Assembly (NCBI GenBank): GCA_030584185.1
Contig: CP129495.1
Span: forward strand, 639,608 to 703,607
Length of the DNA: 64,000 bases
Direction of reading: 5' to 3'
Origin: Acidimicrobiia bacterium
GTDB lineage: Bacteria; Actinomycetota; Acidimicrobiia; Spongiisociales; UBA11373
Part shown: one piece after another, positions 18,136-27,364 of the stretch
How positions within the stretch are numbered: position 1 is the first letter of the stretch
How the letters are laid out: every line of letters starts with the position of its first letter
Notes under the pieces: model-generated
What the model saw: the letters and a program-made list of their open reading frames with translations, nothing else
What the model was told of the DNA's origin: nothing
Database searches by the model: none
Program-made: the position numbers and the translations under genes

Positions 18136-19383
18136 TCAGGTCCCCTGCTCCCAGGACGCCAGGTAGGACCGCTGCTCCTCGGTCAGATGCTCCAGCCCGC
18201 CCCCCAGACGCTCCAGTGCGATGGCCGCCACCTCGGCGTCGAGGTGGGCAGGAAGACGGTGAACCCTGGGCTCGAGTGAGTCCCTGTGGGTGATGAGCCA
18301 TTCGGCTGCGAGCGCCTGGTTGGCGAACGACATGTCCATGACCTCGGCGGGATGCCCCTCTGCGGCACCGAGGTTGACCAGGCGTCCATCGGCCACCACA
18401 TGCAGCCGCCTCCCGTCCTCCAGGAGCCACTCGTCCAACTCGTGGCGGAGCCGCCGGCGCCCGCGAGAACGGGCGGCCAGGGCAGCCAGATCGATCTCGA
18501 CATCGAAGTGGCCGGCATTGGCCATGATCGCCCCATCCTTCATGTGATCGAAGTGCTCGCCACGCAACACGTGGATGTTCCCGGTGACCGTGATGAACAG
18601 GTCCCCGATCGCGGCCGCCTCGGTGGCGTCGGTGACGCGATGGCCCTCCATCGCCGCAGCCAGCGCTCGAACCGGGTCGACCTCGACGACCACCACGTGG
18701 GACCCCATCCCCGCGGCTCGCGCCGCCACGCCTGCGCCACAGTCGCCGTAACCGATCACCACCACCGTCTTTCCTGCCAGCAGCAGGTTGGTGGCCCGGA
18801 TCACGCCGTCCAGCGCCGACTGCCCGGTGCCATGGCGGTTGTCGAACAGATGCTTGGTGGCCGAGTCGTTCACCGCCACCACCGGAAAGCGCAGGACACC
18901 CTCGGCTTCCATCGCACGAAGGCGGATCACCCCGGTAGTGGTCTCCTCGGTGGAACCGATCGGCGTCTGCGCCGGCCGCTCCTTGAGTAGCGTCGTGACC
19001 AGGTCTGCACCGTCGTCCATGGTCACGTCGGGGGCACCATCGAGCACCGTCCGGATGTGGTCGTAGTAGCGCCCCGAGTCCTCACCCCGGACTGCGTACA
19101 CGGAGATCCCTTCGGCCACGAGCGCTGCGGCCACGTCGTCCTGTGTCGACAATGGGTTGGATGCGCACAAGGCGACCCGGGCGCCACCGGCGCGCAGTGT
19201 CAGCATCAGGTTGGCGGTCTCGGCGGTCACGTGGAGGCAGGCCCCCACGGCGAATCCGTCGAGTGGGCGCTCCCTCTCGAAACGGGAGCGGATCGCCTGG
19301 AGTACGGGCATGCGGGTCGATGCCCACTCCACACGCAGCGCCCCCGCATCGGCCAGGGATGGGTCGGCGATGTCGTGCTTCAC
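18136..19383 (-). CDS. ahcY: Adenosylhomocysteinase
   Basis: 'CLHVTAETANL', 'SNPLSTQD', 'EETTTG', 'FDNRHGTGQS', 'GRLVNLGAAEGHP'. Confidence 0.98.
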   Translation of the reverse strand: MKHDIADPSLADAGALRVEWASTRMPVLQAIRSRFERERPLDGFAVGACLHVTAETANLMLTLRAGGARVALCASNPLSTQDDVAAALVAEGISVYAVRGEDSGRYYDHIRTVLDGAPDVTMDDGADLVTTLLKERPAQTPIGSTEETTTGVIRLRAMEAEGVLRFPVVAVNDSATKHLFDNRHGTGQSALDGVIRATNLLLAGKTVVVIGYGDCGAGVAARAAGMGSHVVVVEVDPVRALAAAMEGHRVTDATEAAAIGDLFITVTGNIHVLRGEHFDHMKDGAIMANAGHFDVEIDLAALAARSRGRRRLRHELDEWLLEDGRRLHVVADGRLVNLGAAEGHPAEVMDMSFANQALAAEWLITHRDSLEPRVHRLPAHLDAEVAAIALERLGGGLEHLTEEQRSYLASWEQGT

Positions 19384-20375
19384 GGTGCCTCCTCTGCAAG
19401 CATCTTCTTCAGCCGCTGAATCACGGCCACCGGCACCGGATCCACCCCGGCCCGCTCGGCGATCACCACCGAGACCAGGTCACCCACCAGCACCAGCGAG
19501 AACAGCCTGGTCAGTACGCCACCTCCGACAGCGGTTACCTCCCCGGCGATGTGGACACCTTCCATGAGCCGGCGGGTGAGGTGCAGGCGCTGTGCCATGC
19601 GAGGGCTGTCATGGGGGTCGTGGAGGAACACCACCCCCACCGCTTCGCCGGCCAGGTCGGGGAACGCGGTCCACCCGACGAGCTCGTTGTGGTTCAGTTC
19701 CGGCAGCACCGAGAACCATGCCGGAGCCTTCCCGTTCTCGTTGATCTGTGTCTTCCACCTCCCGGCTGCTGCGGAGGCGACCCCGGTGGCGCCGTAGATG
19801 ATGGCGGCACGGCCCGCGAGCTCTCCGGCGATGGTTTCTGCATGCTCGACGACTCCGCCTTCGAGCATGCCGTCCAGGGCTGTGGCCGCCTCGAGCAACC
19901 CCGAAGCCGTGGGACCGGCCACCCCCGAAGCCTCCAGGATCTGCAGCACGGCGCCCGAGAGGTAGCCGGCTGCGGCACGCGGCTGCGGCCCCGGGGGGAC
20001 CTCCAGGTGTGGCAGTCCGTGCTCCTCGGCCAGGGCGCGCAATGTCCCGCCGGTCGAAGTCGTGACCACCGGAAGGCCGGCCGCCAGTGCCGCCTCCACC
20101 CCGGTGAGGGTCTCCTCGGTGTCGCCGCTGTGCGAGACCGCCACCACCAGGGGACGAATCGCCGTGGCCCAGCCCGGCAGGCCGTAGGACTTGTGGACCG
20201 CCACCCGCCTTCCCTGAGAAGAAGCGAACACCTCGGCCACGTCACCTGCGAAGCCGGAACCACCCATCCCGATGATCAAGGCCTCCGAGGCGCGGGGTAC
20301 CGACGGTGGCGTGATGCTCGCAGCCCATCGCAGCTGCTCGGGAAGGTCGGCGATCAGTGCTCTCATCTCATCCAT
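19380..20375 (-). CDS. Bifunctional phosphoglucose/phosphomannose isomerase (SIS domain)
   Basis: 'GMGGSG', 'SHSGDTEET', 'RWKTQINENGK', 'PELNHNE'. Confidence 0.92.
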   Translation of the reverse strand: MDEMRALIADLPEQLRWAASITPPSVPRASEALIIGMGGSGFAGDVAEVFASSQGRRVAVHKSYGLPGWATAIRPLVVAVSHSGDTEETLTGVEAALAAGLPVVTTSTGGTLRALAEEHGLPHLEVPPGPQPRAAAGYLSGAVLQILEASGVAGPTASGLLEAATALDGMLEGGVVEHAETIAGELAGRAAIIYGATGVASAAAGRWKTQINENGKAPAWFSVLPELNHNELVGWTAFPDLAGEAVGVVFLHDPHDSPRMAQRLHLTRRLMEGVHIAGEVTAVGGGVLTRLFSLVLVGDLVSVVIAERAGVDPVPVAVIQRLKKMLAEEAP

Positions 20376-20559
20376 CGGCTTCTCCCTCCGCGAGGCTCCG
20401 TCCCTCTTCCGGGAGCATGATCGGCACTCCCCCTTCCACCCGATAGGCGAGTCGGCATCCGGCGCACACGAGTTCCGAGTTGTCGAGGCCCATGGCGCCG
20501 TGACACGCCGGGCAGACCAGGATCTCCAGGAGACGATCGGGGATCGCCTGGCCGCTCAT
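20368..20559 (-). CDS. Trm112-family small protein
   Basis: 'LLEILVCPACHG...LVC..C.LAY.V.GGVPIML'; 63 aa; overlaps both neighbours. Confidence 0.92.
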   Translation of the reverse strand: MSGQAIPDRLLEILVCPACHGAMGLDNSELVCAGCRLAYRVEGGVPIMLPEEGRSLAEGEADG

Positions 20560-21881
20560 GCGAGAACGGCCCGCACCCGGTCGACGAGGCCGGCCACGGC
20601 CTCGGGATCGGGCGCCTCCACGTTGAGCCTCAGTACGGGCTCGGTGTTGGACGGCCTGAGGTTGAACCACCGATCGCCCAGGTCGACGGTCAAACCGTCG
20701 AGGCGATCGTGATTCCCCGGAAACGCCTTGGCTGCCGCCTCGAGCGCTGCCGACTGATCATCCACCTCGAGGTTGAGCTCGCCGGATTGCGCGTAGGGCT
20801 CGTACTCCTTCCGGATCTCCGACAGTGGCCTGCCATCCTCCGACAGCAGGCGCATCAGCACCAGCATGGCCAACACCCCGCTGTCGGCCCGGTGGTGATC
20901 GCGGAAGTAGTAGTGGCCGGAGTGCTCGCCTCCGAACTCGGCGTCGGTCTCGGCCATCACCGTCTTGATGAAGGAGTGCCCCACCCGGGTTCGGATCGGA
21001 ACGCCTCCCTCGGCCAACACCCTCTCCGGAACCGCCCGGCTGCAGATCAGGTTGTGGACCACCCGGGCGCCGGGACGCCGGCGCAGGAACCAACTGGCGA
21101 TCATGGCGGTGATGGTGCTTCCCGAGAGGGGCTGCACGGCGTCGTCGATGAAGAACGCCCGGTCGGCGTCGCCATCGAACGCCACCCCGAGTGCAGGACG
21201 ACTCTCGGTCATCAGGCGCTCCAGGTCTCGGAGGTTCTCCGGGCGCAACGGATCCGGGTGATGGTTGGGGAAACTGCCGTCGGGGTCCAGGTACAACCCC
21301 GATAGCTCGGCCGGGATCGAGTCGAAGATGCGCGGGATCACGACACCGGCGACGCCGTTGCCCCCATCGACGGCCACGGTCATCGGGCCGATGCTCTCGG
21401 CTTCGACCACCCTCAGGACGTGATCCACGTAATCGCCTACCACGTCGCGCCGGGTGAGGGCACCAACTCCATCGGTGACGACCTGCCCGCTCTCGGCGAG
21501 TTGGCGCACCTCCGCCAACCCGGTCTCGGCACCCACTGGAGCGGCACCGGGCAGGCACAGCTTGATGCCGTTCCATCCCTTGGGATTGTGCGATGCGGTG
21601 ATCATCGCCGCAGGCTCCGAGAAGATGGCGGCAGCGTGGTAGGTCATGTCGGTGGCCACCATCCCCAACAAGTCGACGTCGGCTCCAGTGCCGGCAGCAC
21701 CGGCAGCAAAGGCGTCGGCAAGGGCCGGCGATGAATGCCGGGCGTCGTGCCCCACCGCCAGGCGCCCGGCGCCGGTCCAGGTGGCGAAGGCGGCACCGAT
21801 GCGTAGCGCCACCGTTTCATCCAGCTGAGACGGAACCAGGCCGCGCACGTCGTAGGCCTTGAATATGGCGGCGAGATCCAT
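20556..21881 (-). CDS. manB: Phosphomannomutase/phosphoglucomutase
   Basis: 'IFKAYDVRG', 'ITASHNP', 'FDGDADR', 'GGEHSGH', 'RPSNTEP'. Confidence 0.95.
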   Translation of the reverse strand: MDLAAIFKAYDVRGLVPSQLDETVALRIGAAFATWTGAGRLAVGHDARHSSPALADAFAAGAAGTGADVDLLGMVATDMTYHAAAIFSEPAAMITASHNPKGWNGIKLCLPGAAPVGAETGLAEVRQLAESGQVVTDGVGALTRRDVVGDYVDHVLRVVEAESIGPMTVAVDGGNGVAGVVIPRIFDSIPAELSGLYLDPDGSFPNHHPDPLRPENLRDLERLMTESRPALGVAFDGDADRAFFIDDAVQPLSGSTITAMIASWFLRRRPGARVVHNLICSRAVPERVLAEGGVPIRTRVGHSFIKTVMAETDAEFGGEHSGHYYFRDHHRADSGVLAMLVLMRLLSEDGRPLSEIRKEYEPYAQSGELNLEVDDQSAALEAAAKAFPGNHDRLDGLTVDLGDRWFNLRPSNTEPVLRLNVEAPDPEAVAGLVDRVRAVLA

Positions 21882-21949
21882 GAGGGAACCATTCTACGGC
21901 GGGGTGCGTACCCGGCCGACTGCTGCCGACCCTTAGACTCGCCCGAATC

Positions 21950-22663
21950 GTGCCTCCCAGGCTCACCATCGTGGTACCCGTTCACAACGAGGCTGGATTC
22001 CTGCCCGAGGCCCTGCCGCGGCTCATCGGCGTGGCCAGCGGGCTAGGGGATGACGTCGAGGTGCTGGTGGCCGAGAACGGCTCGACCGACAGCACCGCCG
22101 AGATCGCCCGATCATTCGCCGACGCCCACGGGCGCATCACGATCCTGAATCTGCCCGAGCCGGACTACGGAGCGGCGATGCGCGCCGGATTCCTGGCCGC
22201 AAGCGGGGAGTGGGTGGCCAACGTGGACATCGACTACTTCTCCGAGGAGTTCCTGAGAGCCGCCCTGGATCTGGGTGACGAAGCCGACGTGGTCCTGGCA
22301 TCGAAACGGGCCGTCGGGGCCGAGGACCGCAGGAGCCTGCTGCGCAGGCTCGGCACCTTCGGCTTCAACCTCCTGCTGCGAGCACTCTTCCGGTCGAAGG
22401 TGAGCGACACCCATGGGATGAAGGTGCTGCGCCGTTCGGTGGTCACCGAGATCGCTCCTGAGGTCATCTCGACACGCGACCTGTTCGACACCGAGTTGGT
22501 GATCCGTGCCGAGCGTGCCGGATACCGCATCGTCGAGGTCCCGGCACTGGTCGAGGAGATGCGAGAGGCACGCTCGTCGTTCCTCAAGAGGGTGCCGCGG
22601 ACGCTAGCCGGGCTGCTGCGGATCCGACGGGCGCTCCGTGGAGAGCGCCGATCGGCCCGCTGA
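21950..22663 (+). CDS. GT2 glycosyltransferase (polyprenol-phosphate sugar synthase-like)
   Basis: 'VVPVHNE', 'ENGSTD', DxD 'DID', 'DTHGMK', 'FDTELV'; GTG start. Confidence 0.88.
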   Translation: MPPRLTIVVPVHNEAGFLPEALPRLIGVASGLGDDVEVLVAENGSTDSTAEIARSFADAHGRITILNLPEPDYGAAMRAGFLAASGEWVANVDIDYFSEEFLRAALDLGDEADVVLASKRAVGAEDRRSLLRRLGTFGFNLLLRALFRSKVSDTHGMKVLRRSVVTEIAPEVISTRDLFDTELVIRAERAGYRIVEVPALVEEMREARSSFLKRVPRTLAGLLRIRRALRGERRSAR

Positions 22664-24799
22664 CCGGCGCCGCCGCAGCAGCACCCCGTACCCAGCCAAC
22701 GCAACCAGAGCGCTCAGGGTGAGAAACTTCCCGACGATCTCGGGCGCCTGCTCGGCGAACACGATCTCGACGTCCTCCTGTGTCGGGACCACCACCATCA
22801 GCGACGGGGCGGCGCGGTACGGGCCGGCGGCTCCGGAGGCCGTCCAGTTGGGGAAGTAAGAAACCTTCACCAGGTGGGGCACACCGACGGCGGTGGTGTG
22901 GAAAGCGATGCGATGGTGATCGACCACGAGATCGGTCACTTCCCCGGTGGACACCGCTCGGCGCTCCCGATCGGACACCTCGACGATCCGCCGCCACCCC
23001 GGAGGCCCTTCCTCCACCATGAGACGATCGAGGGCGGTGACGTCGTCGTACCAGTCCAGGCTGGCCTCGAAGAACCCCTCCTCACCCGACCATACGGCCG
23101 GCTCCGAAGAGGCGACCTCCACGAGAGAGGTCTCGGGCAGAGCGAACACGGTGAACGGCTCCGAGGTCGCCAGGACCTCGAGTCCGTGGTCGGTGGCCGC
23201 CTGGGCTGCCTCCTCGGTGAACGAGACGAAGTAGGTCACGCCGAACAGGGAGAGGTGCGCCACGCCGCGATCGAAATCCATCGAGTGATACCTGAGCCCG
23301 GACACCGGGTTGGAGGGCCGCAGGCTCACTTCGGCGGCGTTGAGGAAGTGGAAAGGGGTCGACAGAGCCGACTCGAAGAACAGTCCCTCCATCGAAGGGT
23401 GACCCTCCGACCAGTACGGGATGAGCATCAGCGACATCGGCGTGCCGTAACGGTTCATCTCGTTGTTGGCCTCCCACATCACCCTTCCCGGAGGCAGTGT
23501 GTCGATGGTCTCCATGAGGCCGCGGTACTCGGCCCAGTGATCCGTCTGCAGGATCGGGTCGCCCTCCGAGGTGAAGGCGAACACTTGCTTTCCCTCGTAT
23601 CCGGAGTAGTTCCAGCGCGCCCAACCGGGGGTCTTGTTGATGCCGCTGATGCCGAGAACGAGCATCGCCACCGCCGCCGCTGCCGCCAGCGCCCAGCGAG
23701 CGGTGTCCCCCCCGCGCATTCGACGGGCGAGCCACTGCACGCCTGCGCCGGCCCCGATTCCGGCGAGCAGGAACACGGCGTAGTACCAGTACGGCAGAAG
23801 GCGCGCGTTGTACAGCTTCCGGTAGTCGATGAACTGGATCAGGTAGTACCCGGAGACCGGGATCACCAGCAAGGCGATCAGCGGCCCCACGATGTGACGC
23901 CGGGAGATGGCCCAGCCCAGGCCGGCCACCGCCGGGACCAGCAGGGGCCAGAGCTCGCGCTGCAACACCGGCTCGATGCCCTTGACCGGGAACCAGCCCA
24001 TGTCGGTCGTGTACGGGATGGTCGCCAGCAGCGGCAGAGCCCAGAAGGCGGCAAGAGAGAACCCGACGCCCCAGGAGGTCGCCAGGTGGGTCGGCCCCCG
24101 CCGCCGAAAGAGCAGCGGCAAAGAGGCCAGCACCACGATCAGCGTCGTGATCACGTGCGAGAGCGCAGTCAACGCCAGGAGTACCCCGGCGCCGACCGTG
24201 AACCCCCGCCCCTCACGCACGTTGCGGATGACCACACCCAGATACGCCACCGAGAAGGCGAACGACCACGAGAAGGAGTACTCGCCTGCAAGCGTGGAGA
24301 GCGTGTTGCCGCCGTAGATGGAGAAGCTCTCCATGAAGATGAAGGTCCCCCCGGCCACCGCCCCCACCAGCGAGACCGGCCGGGTGAACCCGATGCCGCG
24401 GCACAGGACGTAAGAGGCGAACGGGAGTGCCACCAGGCCGGCGACCGTGACCAACTTGAAGGCGACGCCGTAGGGGAGGATCAGGTCGAGCAACACGATC
24501 ATCGATGCCGGAAGCGGAAAGTAGAAGTAGAGCACCGGCATCCCGGCGTACCAGTCGTTGGTCCACCCCAGGATTCGGCCATCGGAGAACAGCGTGTCCC
24601 GCATGTATGCGGGCAGGAAGACGTGAGCACCCATGTCGCCACCGGTCGGGGTGTTGGCGGTGAAGATCAGGTCCGGCCGCATCATGAGGAAGGCGACCAG
24701 TGCGGCAAGACCCAGAACCGACGGCGTCACCCAGCGGTGCCAGGACCAGCGCCCTGGGAGGGTGGCCTCACTGGGAGCGATGGGATGCTCGGCTATCAC
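22604..24799 (-). CDS. Multi-pass membrane protein of the 6-pyruvoyl-tetrahydropterin synthase-related / GT-C-like family
   Basis: 'GGDMGAH', 'WYAGMP..YFYFPL', 'GEYSFS'; about 12 TM segments followed by an extracellular domain; 731 aa. Confidence 0.75.
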   Translation of the reverse strand: MIAEHPIAPSEATLPGRWSWHRWVTPSVLGLAALVAFLMMRPDLIFTANTPTGGDMGAHVFLPAYMRDTLFSDGRILGWTNDWYAGMPVLYFYFPLPASMIVLLDLILPYGVAFKLVTVAGLVALPFASYVLCRGIGFTRPVSLVGAVAGGTFIFMESFSIYGGNTLSTLAGEYSFSWSFAFSVAYLGVVIRNVREGRGFTVGAGVLLALTALSHVITTLIVVLASLPLLFRRRGPTHLATSWGVGFSLAAFWALPLLATIPYTTDMGWFPVKGIEPVLQRELWPLLVPAVAGLGWAISRRHIVGPLIALLVIPVSGYYLIQFIDYRKLYNARLLPYWYYAVFLLAGIGAGAGVQWLARRMRGGDTARWALAAAAAVAMLVLGISGINKTPGWARWNYSGYEGKQVFAFTSEGDPILQTDHWAEYRGLMETIDTLPPGRVMWEANNEMNRYGTPMSLMLIPYWSEGHPSMEGLFFESALSTPFHFLNAAEVSLRPSNPVSGLRYHSMDFDRGVAHLSLFGVTYFVSFTEEAAQAATDHGLEVLATSEPFTVFALPETSLVEVASSEPAVWSGEEGFFEASLDWYDDVTALDRLMVEEGPPGWRRIVEVSDRERRAVSTGEVTDLVVDHHRIAFHTTAVGVPHLVKVSYFPNWTASGAAGPYRAAPSLMVVVPTQEDVEIVFAEQAPEIVGKFLTLSALVALAGYGVLLRRRRSAGRSALSTERPSDPQQPG

Positions 24800-24857
24800 G
24801 GCCAGGGGAGGCTAACGCCGACCGAGGGCAAGGCTGCGGTCCGCCGCGAACGACCGG

Positions 24858-25058
24858 TCAGCGGCGGCGGGCCTTCTCCAGCACGGCCGTCAGGTCGATC
24901 AGGCCGGAACCTGCCTCCCACCAGCGATGCTCGCAGCGATGGCACGAGTTGAAGGTGACATCGGTGTCGTCGGGCAATGTGATCTCGATCTGAATCGCGT
25001 CGCGCGCCCCGCACTTGCCGCACGGCACCGTCGACGCCTCTGTGGCGCGTCTCGCCAT
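24858..25058 (-). CDS. Small Zn-ribbon protein
   Basis: AGGAGG RBS; MARRATEASTVPCGKCG...SCHRCEHRWW; two CxxC; 66 aa. Confidence 0.75.
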   Translation of the reverse strand: MARRATEASTVPCGKCGARDAIQIEITLPDDTDVTFNSCHRCEHRWWEAGSGLIDLTAVLEKARRR

Positions 25059-25087
25059 CCCTTCCTCCTGCTCCACCGGAGACGATA

Positions 25088-25384
25088 TCAATCGGCAGCA
25101 CGAGTGCTGTGCTTTACCGGTTCCTCTTCCAGCTTGCCCACGTATCGAGATCGCCGCCGCCCGCCCTCCCGCCAGTAGGCGTACCAGTAGGGACCGTGCG
25201 GACAGCGGGTACACGACTCCTTGCCGCAGCGCACCCACTGGCGCCGCAGGGACACGCTCGGCGCCCCCGCCTCGAAGGAGACCCCCCGATTCTCCAGGCG
25301 CGCCCGGGCGAGGATGACGAGCCTCCGCAGCTCGTGCTCGTCCATCCCCATGACCGCGTCGAGGACGTCGCGGTCGATGGGCAC
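25088..25384 (-). CDS. Small Cys/His protein (DUF6788-like)
   Basis: 'VRCGKESCTRCPHGPYWYAYWREGGRRRSRYVGK'; GTG start 4 nt after the DUF3499 stop. Confidence 0.75.
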   Translation of the reverse strand: MPIDRDVLDAVMGMDEHELRRLVILARARLENRGVSFEAGAPSVSLRRQWVRCGKESCTRCPHGPYWYAYWREGGRRRSRYVGKLEEEPVKHSTRAAD

Positions 25385-25388
25385 GACG

Positions 25389-25616
25389 TCAAGCGACCTC
25401 GAGCGAGGCGAACAGCGGCCGCAACGCCCGGCGGCGATCGACCAGCGTCCACCCCACTGGCGGCGTCATGCGCGAGGCATGGTCCTCGCACATCGCATAC
25501 CCCCGCCCGGGCGTGGTCGGCTCGACCAGGTCGTCGAGCCAGATCGTTCCGTCGTCATAGTTGAACGACATCACGATCCCGGCGGGGGTGCCACAGCGAA
25601 CACAGCGTTCGGTCAT
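25389..25616 (-). CDS. DUF3499-family protein
   Basis: 'RCVRCG.PA...YDD.T.W...YAMCEDHA.R.TPPVGW'; sits at the conserved actinobacterial position upstream of manB. Confidence 0.85.
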   Translation of the reverse strand: MTERCVRCGTPAGIVMSFNYDDGTIWLDDLVEPTTPGRGYAMCEDHASRMTPPVGWTLVDRRRALRPLFASLEVA

Positions 25617-25622
25617 GTCGGC

Positions 25623-25645
25623 AGGATAATCACAATCATGTGATT
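25623..25645 (-). promoter_or_regulatory. TANNNT -10 box with adjacent 18-bp palindrome (putative operator)
   Basis: TATCCT (25628..25623) 6 nt before the ATG at 25616; AATCACA-N4-TGTGATT at 25628..25645. Confidence 0.55.
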
Positions 25646-25668
25646 CCGTGTCGAGTTGTCTCGCCTGG

Positions 25669-26043
25669 TCAGCCGGTGGCGAGGAGCCGGCGCACCGAAC
25701 GCCGGGACATCCGGCCCGCCAGGCGGCCCATCTCGGCACCGGATTCATCCCTGACGACCAGGAGTGGAACACCGCCGACTCCCGCGCCACGGAATCGCTC
25801 CGGCTCCAGTTCGAAGGCGACTTCTCTGAAGACCATCCCGGAGCCACGAAGCAGGCGCCGAGCCCGCTCGCAACGAGAACACCTCTCGGCGGTGAACAAC
25901 AGCACCCGGGCGTCGAAAGCCGAGAGGTCGAGATCGGCTCGGGACAGACGGCGTCGCTCTCCCGCCCTCCCCCACCAGGCAATCCCGAGACCGATAGCCA
26001 GAGCGACGCCTGCCAGCGCCACCCTCCCCAGCGCCTCACCCAT
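25669..26043 (-). CDS. Membrane-anchored thioredoxin/glutaredoxin-like protein
   Basis: N-terminal TM segment, 'LLFTAERCSRC' CxxC, cis-Pro 'GVP'. Confidence 0.75.
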   Translation of the reverse strand: MGEALGRVALAGVALAIGLGIAWWGRAGERRRLSRADLDLSAFDARVLLFTAERCSRCERARRLLRGSGMVFREVAFELEPERFRGAGVGGVPLLVVRDESGAEMGRLAGRMSRRSVRRLLATG

Positions 26044-27364
26044 CGAGTTCGACCGGTGAGCCGATGCCGAAGGCGACACCCTGGTCGCCCGACATCGTCC
26101 AGCCCACCATGAGCGGTTCGGGAGCGGAGACCAGGTAGCCGAGGGCGGTGCGCGTCGTCTCCAACCGAAGCAGGCGACCGGGATCGACCACGTGTCGCGA
26201 GTTGCGTACCTCGCCCGAGGTGAGGGTGCCGACGGTCACGGACAGGGGCTCGTCAGAGGTGTTGAGCAACCACAGGGCACCTTCGACGCCGGCCATGGTG
26301 CGCACGCCAGGGAGCAGCCAGGCGCGCGACCCGGTCGAGGAACCGGTGGTCACGGCCGTTCCGCCGGTACCTACTGCGGTCACCGCCACCGAGACCGGAC
26401 CGCTGGCGGTGACACGCGCCCCGAGAGCCTGTGCCGGCAGTTGGGACAGGTCGACGCGCAGCGGCGACTGGGCGGGCACCGTCAGGTCGAACTCTTCCGG
26501 GAAGGCCTCGGATTCGCCGAATAGGTCGATGGTGACCTCCACCGGAGACAGCCCCGGGTTGGCCACAACCAGGGCGGCGGCGACACCCTCGGTCTGGACG
26601 ACCGGGAGCTCCCAGGTGGGCGACAGGCCGGTTCCGTTCCAGAATGCCTCGTCGGTTCCGGACCCGTAGGCCATCACCGGGACGATGAGGCCGCTCTCGG
26701 TGCGCACCGAGACCACCAGGGACTGCCGCTGCCGGAAGACCTCCTGGAAGGAGACGTCGCGCCAGGAGCGGGGATTCACCGACACCGACCGCAGCCCGCC
26801 GAGTGCCTCCACCCCGATCTCGGAGAACGCTCCGATGCTCACTTTGGCCACCTCGGGAAACGGGTTGAACAACCTCAGCGTCAGGGTGTCGTCGTCCATG
26901 GTCGATCCACCGGCGAAGAACCACTCGTCTCCCCCATTGGTGATGCAGGCATCGCCCATCACGACATCCCCGAAAACGGTCACCGAGGCGGCCGACGGGC
27001 CTCCATCCATCTCGATGAAGCCCGCAGAGTCGCCCCTCGTGGCTATCTCGGAGAGGTTCAATCCGGCGGCACCGTACGGGAGGACGGCCAGGGAGGCGAG
27101 ATCGGGTGGCTCCCCGGGTATCGCGACGGGGAAGGTCAACGAAGCGGTTGCCTCCTCGATCGAGGCGACCGAAAAGTAGGAGTCGCGTTCGGTTCCTGCC
27201 TGTCCCCAAGGGCAGTACCAGATCGAGCTGTCGGCCGGCGAGCCGATCCCCGGCGGATCGATCACCAGCCCGGCGAGCGGCTCCGGCGGCTCCGCCGGAG
27301 CTGGCAGAAGGGCAACCAGAGCGCCGCCGGCAAAGAGCAGGACGAGGGTGACGATCCGCCTCAT
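26036..27364 (-). CDS. DUF5719-family secreted protein
   Basis: Signal peptide, 'WYCP', 'WFFAGGST', 'LRLFNPF', 'LVVANPG'; follows the large GT2. Confidence 0.75.
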   Translation of the reverse strand: MRRIVTLVLLFAGGALVALLPAPAEPPEPLAGLVIDPPGIGSPADSSIWYCPWGQAGTERDSYFSVASIEEATASLTFPVAIPGEPPDLASLAVLPYGAAGLNLSEIATRGDSAGFIEMDGGPSAASVTVFGDVVMGDACITNGGDEWFFAGGSTMDDDTLTLRLFNPFPEVAKVSIGAFSEIGVEALGGLRSVSVNPRSWRDVSFQEVFRQRQSLVVSVRTESGLIVPVMAYGSGTDEAFWNGTGLSPTWELPVVQTEGVAAALVVANPGLSPVEVTIDLFGESEAFPEEFDLTVPAQSPLRVDLSQLPAQALGARVTASGPVSVAVTAVGTGGTAVTTGSSTGSRAWLLPGVRTMAGVEGALWLLNTSDEPLSVTVGTLTSGEVRNSRHVVDPGRLLRLETTRTALGYLVSAPEPLMVGWTMSGDQGVAFGIGSPVELDG

